Source: a virus
DNA: 64,000 bases
IMG/VR virus record: IMGVR_UViG_3300027763_000034
Location: 52,156 to 116,155 of that record
Reading direction: 5' to 3' (one strand)
Positions 56,334 through 64,000 of the stretch are shown here, piece after piece. Both the position numbers and the translations under genes were made by a program. The notes under the pieces are model-generated. The model was not told the origin of the DNA. It was given only the letters and a program-made list of their open reading frames with translations, and did not search any database. How positions within the stretch are numbered: the first letter of the stretch is position 1; each line of letters starts with the position of its first letter.

Positions 56334-57121
56334 ATTTTAGGCACCTGATACAATTCTATCTGTACAGTTCCAACTGGGCCAGATTTGTCATAACAAGCTT
56401 TCTTGACTGGGCAATATGTGCAAGGCATCTTAGACTTGGTTGATCCTGCTGGCCTTACTGGAAGATCTCCGTTTTGAAAGTTATCCCAAACTTGCTCCAT
56501 CCAAGCAAATGCTTCTTCAATAATTGCTTTATTCTTTTCATTCATTGAAATTGGAATAATCAATATCTCTTGAGTGTTCTTGTTTTCATACAGGAAGAAT
56601 CCTTCTTTGGCATTCTTCAACTTCATGTATGTCAATAGCTGAAGCATATGGTTTGCTGATGACTTCATCTCTGACTGTCTTGTATCCCATACTTCTTGTT
56701 TTGCCGTCTTAATTTCACCTATGACAGTTTCACCATCATACTCCATAATTAAATCTATAAAACCCCTAATTGGAGGGTATTCATTTATAATTTCTTCTTC
56801 TTCAGATTTCCACTCTGGCATTGTTTTAATAAGCTTTTGAAGTCTTTCGTGAGCTTGGGTTCCTTGTGCCATATTAGCTACAGCAACTGCATCATTATCA
56901 TCAATAAATACTGCCCCAGAAAAAGCCATATACCAATATCTTGGACAAGTCCCATGTCCGTATCCCAGAGAACTTGGGCTAAAAGATTTCTTTGTCATTT
57001 CGCCATCTGCTCTTTTTGTATTTCGGTATGACTCATCTAGCAAAGATGCAAATTTTTCTGGATCAAAAAACTTTCCTGTATGCTTCTTAAACTTAAGATT
57101 CTTTACAATATCTCTAGCCAT
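56330..57121 (-). CDS. Cas4-like PD-(D/E)XK exonuclease
   Basis: CPRYW, GT..H, G.ID, EIKT, QL..Y, C.YCP....C. Confidence 0.88.
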   Translation of the reverse strand: MARDIVKNLKFKKHTGKFFDPEKFASLLDESYRNTKRADGEMTKKSFSPSSLGYGHGTCPRYWYMAFSGAVFIDDNDAVAVANMAQGTQAHERLQKLIKTMPEWKSEEEEIINEYPPIRGFIDLIMEYDGETVIGEIKTAKQEVWDTRQSEMKSSANHMLQLLTYMKLKNAKEGFFLYENKNTQEILIIPISMNEKNKAIIEEAFAWMEQVWDNFQNGDLPVRPAGSTKSKMPCTYCPVKKACYDKSGPVGTVQIELYQVPKI

Positions 57122-57460
57122 TTATGAGTTGTACCTAACGACATACTTAAGTGCATCTACAAGTTTGTCTATGGACTCCTTTACTGAATAGTAAACATTC
57201 TTCTTATTGTTATTTACAGTCCCCGCTTTATCTTTAGCAATAGTTGAATACACAGAAGACATTACCGCAAACTTAGTAGACATTGCCTGTAGCTCCATAA
57301 TAAGCATGGGGGCTTTTGCTGAAGGAACATCTGGTGTCATCAATAGCTTTACAACAATAGCCAACGCTTTGTCTAAATGCTCATCTTGCATATACTCATG
57401 CAGATCATTGAATTCTGTTATATCGCTAATTAATTGAAGTGTGTTCTTATCTTCCGCCAT
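57122..57460 (-). CDS. Hypothetical protein
   Basis: AAGGA RBS before MAEDK. Confidence 0.65.
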   Translation of the reverse strand: MAEDKNTLQLISDITEFNDLHEYMQDEHLDKALAIVVKLLMTPDVPSAKAPMLIMELQAMSTKFAVMSSVYSTIAKDKAGTVNNNKKNVYYSVKESIDKLVDALKYVVRYNS

Positions 57461-57547
57461 TTTTAATCCTTTTGTCCCATTTATCAATGAATAATCCAAG
57501 CGGATACCCAATAGTAAATCCTAGCATTAATCCTAATAAAAAGATAG

Positions 57548-58270
57548 TCATTTATTATCTTCCCTGTAAGTGACACTCATCTTGACATTATCAGACTCAT
57601 GATAACCTAAACTATTTCCTTTTTCATCAACAGCCTTTTTATACATTTTTAGTCTTGGTTTACCCGCTGCAACTGCTGCTTGAATTACATCTAAGTATTC
57701 TTGTCGATCTTGAACTCTTTTATCTGGCGGATATATGTCTGAAAAGATTTCTACATTAGAGTCTTTAAATTGTGATATTGATATGGGAAGAACACATGCA
57801 ACGTTTGTCCCAGCTGGTACAAAATACTCTCTGTTTGCCTCATGTAGTTTCCATACAATAGGAAAACTACCAGTAAATACAGATGTTGAGAGTACTGTTG
57901 TTATAACCTCTGCTCCGTCTATAAACTCATTTGGCACTGGCATGGTAAGCATGCTTACCTCTGGCTCTGTTCTTAATATTAAATTTGTATTGAAGCTAAC
58001 TGTTCCTTCTCCACGGCCTGACCAAACATACTGCTTTCCTAAAATTGCTTCTGCTGGGTTTTTTCTGTCTCCGTCCCAAGAGAATGATATGTCTTCATCA
58101 AAATAAATTCCGTATCCTAATGAATTTGCAACTGTTATAGGAGTGCAATTGTATGTCATAGAATGCATCCAGTCACGCTTTGGACCAAGCGGCCTTATTT
58201 TTGCAGATACCAGTCTTTCATTATCCTTATATCCCTCTACCTTATACATTATTTGCCTCCCAAAACTCAA
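57548..58270 (-). CDS. DUF6065-like protein
   Basis: RDWM....Y.C.P...AN..G. Confidence 0.6.
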   Translation of the reverse strand: MSFGRQIMYKVEGYKDNERLVSAKIRPLGPKRDWMHSMTYNCTPITVANSLGYGIYFDEDISFSWDGDRKNPAEAILGKQYVWSGRGEGTVSFNTNLILRTEPEVSMLTMPVPNEFIDGAEVITTVLSTSVFTGSFPIVWKLHEANREYFVPAGTNVACVLPISISQFKDSNVEIFSDIYPPDKRVQDRQEYLDVIQAAVAAGKPRLKMYKKAVDEKGNSLGYHESDNVKMSVTYREDNK

Positions 58271-58559
58271 TAAGTTCTTCTAAAATTGCCCACTCTATAA
58301 CTCCAAGCCTTACCTTTGACTCTGTTCCTATAATAATCTTTAGCGCTGGATACATATCTCTATTCACCTTAAATGTGTCAGTGCATATTTTTGACCAAAC
58401 ATCTTTATTAAGAGTAAATGATTTTGAAGCCTCTTTATAATCAACAAGGAACTGATTCCACTGTGCATCTCCTTTTTGATAGTCTCCCCTGCCACTATTT
58501 TTTTGAGCTTTAGCGCCGTCTCTTTTAACTTCTGATCTTTCTGACAAGTCAATCACCAA
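58242..58559 (-). CDS. Hjc-like PD-(D/E)XK resolvase/endonuclease
   Basis: NSGRG...KGD...VDYKE; start uncertain. Confidence 0.65.
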   Translation of the reverse strand: MVIDLSERSEVKRDGAKAQKNSGRGDYQKGDAQWNQFLVDYKEASKSFTLNKDVWSKICTDTFKVNRDMYPALKIIIGTESKVRLGVIEWAILEELIEFWEANNV

Positions 58560-59382
58560 CTATAACTTCTTCTGCAGAGGAAACTGTTATCATCTGTAAA
58601 TCATTTGAAACATAATCGTCTTCATGCTGCTGTACTTCTTTGTCTCTGCCAGCATAACTTAGTCTATATTTAGAAACCCATTCCTCTTCGGAATCCATTC
58701 TATAATCTATGAATGATCTTAGGAAGTATCTATCGGAGCCCTCAAATCCTTTTACCGCATGATAGAAAGGCTCTGTAGATGGCATTACAACTGCATCTCC
58801 TGGCTGTGGCTTATACGTGTAGCTTTTATTTGATATAGAGTCATATGCAGAGATCTCTCCACCGCTATATTCATTGTTTAGATAAAAGTTAATTGTCAAA
58901 ACATGTCTTCTTGTCTTAGCCTCATTCACTACTGGGAACTCGTCTACGTGGTATTCCATTAGTAGATTTTTATCAGAGTAATGGTTTTGCTCCTTTACGT
59001 ACCTAAAATAGTCTAGATAGAATACGTCCTGTGGCTTTTTTAAGTCCTCCCAGTTATTAATAAAACTAGGCCAGACTCCTTTGTCTTTTTCAAAATCATC
59101 AAAGTAATCTTTTCTTATAAAATTTACAATATCGCAAACATCTTTTAGATACAAGGATTCTTGTGTGTCTGTGTATTTTTTATTTAAATCAAAGACTACA
59201 TCTTTTCTAAATCCCTGCTGGTACCACTGTCTCCATGGATCAAAAATAGAATCTTCTTTGTCTACTTCAAGAAGATCTATAAGCTCTTGAGAATTTTTAA
59301 AAATGTTTTTATAGACAACAATTTGAGGAGCAACAATAATCTTATCCATTTTTATATCATCCAATCCTATGAACTGTCTCAT
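58549..59382 (-). CDS. 2OG-Fe(II) oxygenase
   Basis: HVD, YLNNEY.GGEI, PS..PFYHAV.....RY. Confidence 0.85.
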   Translation of the reverse strand: MRQFIGLDDIKMDKIIVAPQIVVYKNIFKNSQELIDLLEVDKEDSIFDPWRQWYQQGFRKDVVFDLNKKYTDTQESLYLKDVCDIVNFIRKDYFDDFEKDKGVWPSFINNWEDLKKPQDVFYLDYFRYVKEQNHYSDKNLLMEYHVDEFPVVNEAKTRRHVLTINFYLNNEYSGGEISAYDSISNKSYTYKPQPGDAVVMPSTEPFYHAVKGFEGSDRYFLRSFIDYRMDSEEEWVSKYRLSYAGRDKEVQQHEDDYVSNDLQMITVSSAEEVIVGD

Positions 59383-59534
59383 GCCCAGACGGGCATGTCC
59401 ACTTCATTATTAAATTTTCAGGATCCCACAACCCACCATCTACATCAATATCACACTTAGAGCATGGCCTTAAACCAGGAAGGTTTTCAAATGTAGAATT
59501 GATTTCCTTTGGCTCTTCTTTATTTAAAAATTCA

Positions 59535-60539
59535 TTAAGATTTGGCACTGATATCCTCGATTAGCTTTTTAACAACATCTGGATTATCTCTTAGATAGGA
59601 TACAGCCTTTGCACGACCTTGAAGTCTTTCTCCATTAACAGTATACCAAGCTCCACCTTTTTCAATTGCTCCAACCATCTCTGCAACATCCAGGGTCTCT
59701 CCAACTAAATCTACTCCAAGTGATTCTCCTTGATAGTAGAAGTCGTATTGTCCAGATAAGTTAGGGGGGCCGAGCTTGTTGTAATCAATAATCCAATTGA
59801 CTGGTCTGCCAACCCTTTGTTCAATAATCTTGTCACCAACTTTAATGCCAGCTTTGATAGCATTAGCTTCAGCCTCAGAAGACCAAAGCTTAATGACGGT
59901 GGAAGAGAAGAACTTGACTGCCATTCCTCCTGTCGGTATGTGGGAGGCATGCATAGATCCAAACTGATTTCTCTGTTGTGAGATGAGTACCAATAATGTG
60001 TTCTTGTTTGCATAGTTTAACATCTTGACTGCGTGAGTCATATCCTTTGCTTCTGCGCCGATTTGCTTTGTGTCTTGCAAATCTTTCATTTCATTTCCAT
60101 CTTTTTCAAAATAAATAGCTGGAAGCAGGGCGGATATAGAATCAACTACAATAATATCAACACCAGCATCCATCAATTTAGTAGCAACATCAACCATATC
60201 ATTAACTGTTTTGGCTGGTGAATAGATAAGGGAAGAAGAATCTACTCCTAGCATCTCTGCCCAAGCCTGATCGTAAGACGCCTCAGCATCAATCCACGCA
60301 CAAGTCTTTCCTTCTTTTTGTGCAAGAGCAATCATCTGTAAACAAAACGAAGATTTTCCTGCCGACTTATTGCCCCAAACAAGAACCTGTCTACCATAAC
60401 CAAGTCCACCTTTTAATGCCATGTTAAGGCCTATGCTAGGTGTCTTTTGCTTTTCAACTTTTACATCTTGTGCAGCTTTTACTCTTGCTCTTGTTTTTGG
60501 ATCTAATGCAGCTAAGATATCATCTATTGCTATAGTCAT
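59535..60539 (-). CDS. recA: RecA-like recombinase
   Basis: GNKSAGKS, WIDAE, IVVDSI.AL, ISQ.R, TGG.A.KF. Confidence 0.93.
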   Translation of the reverse strand: MTIAIDDILAALDPKTRARVKAAQDVKVEKQKTPSIGLNMALKGGLGYGRQVLVWGNKSAGKSSFCLQMIALAQKEGKTCAWIDAEASYDQAWAEMLGVDSSSLIYSPAKTVNDMVDVATKLMDAGVDIIVVDSISALLPAIYFEKDGNEMKDLQDTKQIGAEAKDMTHAVKMLNYANKNTLLVLISQQRNQFGSMHASHIPTGGMAVKFFSSTVIKLWSSEAEANAIKAGIKVGDKIIEQRVGRPVNWIIDYNKLGPPNLSGQYDFYYQGESLGVDLVGETLDVAEMVGAIEKGGAWYTVNGERLQGRAKAVSYLRDNPDVVKKLIEDISAKS

Positions 60540-60569
60540 TTATTCTCTTTCTTTTATACAATTATATCA

Positions 60570-60959
60570 TTAAAATAAATTGCCGTGAAGCCTTGGTCTT
60601 TCTTTATTTTTTTCCATTTTATTAAATAAGACTTCATCCAAGCTATGTTCTACAAAACCACCATTACGCATTGATGCATATAAATCAAGAGTTCTAATTA
60701 ATATGTCAACCATTTCTTCTACAATTTCTTCCGAGCCTTTGTTTTTTCTCATTGCCTCAAGAACTTCGGTTACTTCGGAATGAATTAATGCCAACTTGTT
60801 TCCAAAGACATCAAAGTTTTTTGGCTTATCCCAAAAACCCTTTTCAATAGCAGTTTCATGTAGCAGTGCGGAAAGAACATCTAGCCCATAATCTGTTGCT
60901 AATTCTACGTCTTTATTCAAAGCTTTCAATGAGCTGGTCGTTATTAAAACCTGATTCAT
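60570..60959 (-). CDS. MazG-like NTP pyrophosphohydrolase
   Basis: LALIHSEV.E.LEA.RK, EE..D..IR..D, KM..N..R...HG. Confidence 0.85.
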   Translation of the reverse strand: MNQVLITTSSLKALNKDVELATDYGLDVLSALLHETAIEKGFWDKPKNFDVFGNKLALIHSEVTEVLEAMRKNKGSEEIVEEMVDILIRTLDLYASMRNGGFVEHSLDEVLFNKMEKNKERPRLHGNLF

Positions 60960-61164
60960 TTTTTCCTTTTAGTGAAAATGTAAATGTCTGATTATCTGAA
61001 TTGTAATCAACCTTTAGCTCTTGATCTTCTGTAGCAGCATTTAAGAATAAATCTGTTGATACTGTTATGGTACCAAGAGTTTCAAGAGATGCTATTAAAA
61101 TTTTAGGTACGCTTAAAGCACCAAATACTTCTTCTGCTGTACTTACTTTAATCTCTTCTGTCAT
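60913..61164 (-). CDS. Hypothetical protein
   Basis: AAGGAG RBS; coupled to the dnaE stop. Confidence 0.6.
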   Translation of the reverse strand: MTEEIKVSTAEEVFGALSVPKILIASLETLGTITVSTDLFLNAATEDQELKVDYNSDNQTFTFSLKGKNESGFNNDQLIESFE

Positions 61165-64000
61165 TTTATCTCCTTGATATTTAATGTTCCGTCATCTAAT
61201 TTAGATAACGTAACCTTACACTTCATTCCTTCTCGCATTTTTGCCAAAGTCATTTTATACATTGCTGGGAAGGCAATTGCTCTTGTTAACTTCTTATCTT
61301 TATCTGATAATACTAAGTGACTCATTTGCTTGCCAGCTTTAGTTGTATAAGGTGTAAAGTTTACCACAATGTGCTCGTCCTCTTCAAGATCATATTGTTT
61401 CCTATATAAGTAATCAACAAATAAATCGTTGGAGTCTGGATTTATGTCAGATACCTTTACGTACCTAGATATTCTATTATCGCCCACTAAAATAAAATAC
61501 ATCTGGCCTGTTTCTATTTGTGTCTGCTCGGTATGGAATAAACCAACAGAACCAGTTTCATCAACTAGCTCGACTCTAGCCCATCCATTTCCACGCTTGA
61601 TTGATTTAACCATTCCAAACATTACAAATGAACCAAGATCATCAAATTCTTCAATGGGTCTGGCTTGGGCTTTAATTCTTGGGGGGACCCCCTCTAGATT
61701 AAATGTTGGAATATTTAAATATTCGTAGTAATTGTCTTTTTCATTTCCTTGCCTTTTGTTATCAGAGAACGCAGCACCGCCGATGGAGTTAAGAGCAGCA
61801 ATAGCACGGCTATTAATGCCAGAACCTTTTTTCGATGCTTTATCAATAAAGTCAGCATAGTCATTGAAGGGTCTTCTTTCTATTATTTTATTAGCAATAT
61901 TGTCTGAAATAAACTTTACTTCAGCTAAACCAAATCTGATTGCATTGTCTTGTAGAGAAAAATATACTTGAGATTCATTAATGTGCGGCAATAAAACTTT
62001 TAGCCCAAGACGCTTTGCCTCAATTAAATATTCAGTTCTTGCGTCTTTGTCATTTTCATTTTTAAGAATTGAAAACATGAACTCAAGCGGATAATAAAAC
62101 TTAAGCCAAGCAGCATAATAACTAAGCATAGAGTAAGCAACAGCATGGGAGCGGTTAAAAGAATAACCAGCATGCGCCTCAAAATCATGCCATAACGCCT
62201 CTGCCTTTTTCTTAGTAATGTGTTCTGAAGCCCCAGTAACAAATTTATCTTTGAACTGGTCAAATTCTTTTGCATCTTTTTTCTTTCCAATAATCTTGCG
62301 GACCTTATCAGCCTCTGCCCAAGTCATGCCACCCAAGTGTACACACGCCTGCATAACTTGCTCTTGATATATAATAACACCATATGTGTTCTCGGTAAAA
62401 GGCTTCATGATTGTATGTATATAGTCTACGGCTTCTTTGCCATTCTTACGAGCAATATATGCAGCACCTACAGTATTCATTGCTCCAGGGCGAACTAGGG
62501 CGTTAGAGGCGGCAAGATCTTCAAACTTATCTATACCCATTTTAATTAAAAGATTTGTGTAAGGAGTTGCTTCTGCCTGGAATACACCCTTTGTATACCC
62601 ATCGTTCAGCATCTTGTAAATATTAGCATCATCCATAGTCATTTCAGAAAGATTAATTGCCTTTCCATGCCTATCTTTAATTGACTTAAGGGTGTCAGAA
62701 ATTACAGATAAGGTCTTAAGACCTAGTGCATCTAGTTTTATAAGACCTATATCCGCAACCGTATCCATATCGTATGCGACGACTGGAATTCTTCCTGATA
62801 CTTTATCTTGTGCATCTTCACGAGATTCTACTGGGGCAAACTTTCTTAAATCATCCTTAGCTACTACAACTCCAGCAGCATGCACTCCAACCGATCTGAT
62901 TCTTCCCCTTAGCCTGTCTGCAAGCCAAACAACTTCTGGGTACCTCAATCTAAATTCTTTTGTGTTTGGAGAGTCCATAAAATCTTCAAAGGTGTCCACA
63001 GACTTTAGTGCACGGTTAACTTCTTGAAGTGGAACCATAAATACACGAGAAGCATCCCTAATGACACCCTTGTCTTTAAAGTATGTGTATGTAGATATAG
63101 AAGCAACATGCTTAAATTTTTTCTTTAAATAATCTTTAACTTCTTTTCTACGGCGGTCTTCAAAATCTGTATCGATATCTGGGAAGTCGTTGCGCTCTTC
63201 ATTAATAAATCTAAAGAACAAGAGGTCGTATTTAATTGGATCCACATCTGTAATTCCTAATGTATAACAAACTAACGATCCAGCGGCAGATCCACGTCCA
63301 GGACCAACCATAATGTCATTTTCTTTAGCCCAATTAATCATATCCCCAACAACAAGGAAGTATGAAGCAAAATTTTTCTTGGCAATAATAGCAAGCTCTT
63401 CGTTAAGCCTGTCTATATAAATAGGCTCTGAAGCCTTCTGCAGGCGTTCTAAGCCCTTTTCAGCCAACTCTCTTAGTCTTTCATCAGCATCAGTCTTTGG
63501 GACTGGTAGGAGGTCTAGGCCCTGATAGAAGTCATAGTCTCCAACCTTATCAGCAATTTCCATGGTATTTTCATATATATCTGTGCGCTGGATACCAGTT
63601 TTATTAAAGTCTGCCTCTATCTCAGAACGACTTTGAATAAATAGGTTCATGTCTTGAAATGAAATTCTACGGTCAGGATAAAGATAGTTAAATCTATCTA
63701 ACATATCCTTCATGTTTCTGGACATATCGAAGTCCGTGTCTTTGTCAGCTTTTGGAGATGTGGATAGGATTAGCAATGCTTCTTCTAATATTCTATCTTC
63801 TTCTTTAGCAAAGTGAGCATCTCCTGTTGCCACCGCTTTAATTCCAAGCTTGTCTGCTAATTCTAAAAGGGCAGAGTTGATCTCCATAGGGTTATGTGAT
63901 TGCACTTCCACGTAAAAATCTTGTCCGAAAGTTTGTTTAAAGCCTTTGAGAAGAAGTTCTGCTTCCTCCATGTTACCTTTATCGATAGCCTTACTAATGA
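61161..64000 (-). CDS. dnaE: DNA polymerase III alpha subunit (5' end beyond window)
   Basis: GPGRGSAAGSLV, PDIDTDF, HAAGVV, KLDALGL, RPG, YQEQVM, YSFNRSHA; frame stays open to the window edge. Confidence 0.96.
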   Translation of the reverse strand, partial: ISKAIDKGNMEEAELLLKGFKQTFGQDFYVEVQSHNPMEINSALLELADKLGIKAVATGDAHFAKEEDRILEEALLILSTSPKADKDTDFDMSRNMKDMLDRFNYLYPDRRISFQDMNLFIQSRSEIEADFNKTGIQRTDIYENTMEIADKVGDYDFYQGLDLLPVPKTDADERLRELAEKGLERLQKASEPIYIDRLNEELAIIAKKNFASYFLVVGDMINWAKENDIMVGPGRGSAAGSLVCYTLGITDVDPIKYDLLFFRFINEERNDFPDIDTDFEDRRRKEVKDYLKKKFKHVASISTYTYFKDKGVIRDASRVFMVPLQEVNRALKSVDTFEDFMDSPNTKEFRLRYPEVVWLADRLRGRIRSVGVHAAGVVVAKDDLRKFAPVESREDAQDKVSGRIPVVAYDMDTVADIGLIKLDALGLKTLSVISDTLKSIKDRHGKAINLSEMTMDDANIYKMLNDGYTKGVFQAEATPYTNLLIKMGIDKFEDLAASNALVRPGAMNTVGAAYIARKNGKEAVDYIHTIMKPFTENTYGVIIYQEQVMQACVHLGGMTWAEADKVRKIIGKKKDAKEFDQFKDKFVTGASEHITKKKAEALWHDFEAHAGYSFNRSHAVAYSMLSYYAAWLKFYYPLEFMFSILKNENDKDARTEYLIEAKRLGLKVLLPHINESQVYFSLQDNAIRFGLAEVKFISDNIANKIIERRPFNDYADFIDKASKKGSGINSRAIAALNSIGGAAFSDNKRQGNEKDNYYEYLNIPTFNLEGVPPRIKAQARPIEEFDDLGSFVMFGMVKSIKRGNGWARVELVDETGSVGLFHTEQTQIETGQMYFILVGDNRISRYVKVSDINPDSNDLFVDYLYRKQYDLEEDEHIVVNFTPYTTKAGKQMSHLVLSDKDKKLTRAIAFPAMYKMTLAKMREGMKCKVTLSKLDDGTLNIKEIK

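Noticed and set aside
56330-57121. Cas4-like gene as evidence of CRISPR-Cas
   Set aside because: No array or other cas genes; it sits in the RecA/RuvC recombination module, as is usual for solo phage Cas4-like nucleases.
52038-64000. Inteins or introns in TerL, RecA, DnaE (and NrdJ)
   Set aside because: Lengths are ordinary, motifs contiguous, and no splice-junction or homing-endonuclease signatures were seen.
1-64000. Stop-codon reassignment, or prophage/host chromosome origin
   Set aside because: Core genes are intact in the standard code with TAA, TAG and TGA all used as stops; no suppressor tRNA, integrase, rRNA or host housekeeping operon in the window.

Overview
This is a 64-kb segment of a large, AT-rich tailed dsDNA phage of Actinobacteria. 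The host is inferred from WhiB, an Lsr2-like microprotein, AhpC-AhpD, many leaderless genes and actinobacterial regulator boxes; the low GC suggests a freshwater acI/Nanopelagicales-type host (inference). There are three zones. (1) 1-10 kb: end of the structural genes, class II RNR, a lytic transglycosylase and a sulfotransferase/methyltransferase island. (2) 10.2-22.2 kb: a + strand block of small putative early genes built from repeated regulatory cassettes. (3) 22.7-64 kb, mostly - strand: many 2OG-Fe(II) oxygenases, redox and sulfur genes, secreted surface proteins, WhiB, Hsp20, CHAP endolysin, terminase, RuvC, Cas4-like nuclease, RecA and DnaE. Seven tRNAs and one tRNA-like gene are present. 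The main finding is the regulatory architecture of the early block. It has 15 co-oriented promoters that fit the actinobacterial PafBC/RecA-NDp DNA-damage consensus (TGTCRG-N10-TANNNT) exactly. These are combined with 9 mostly helically phased CRP boxes, 7 WhiA-type GACAC boxes, 6 perfect DnaA boxes and an unrecognised GGG-N13-TTACG-N15-CCCTG motif. A structured small RNA at about 18.84-18.99 kb displays a loop antisense to the CAACGAAAG leader shared by these genes. Together these suggest a host-state-sensing on-switch with an RNA off-switch; the functions are inferred, not tested. All protein assignments come from motif recognition, with no database searches.
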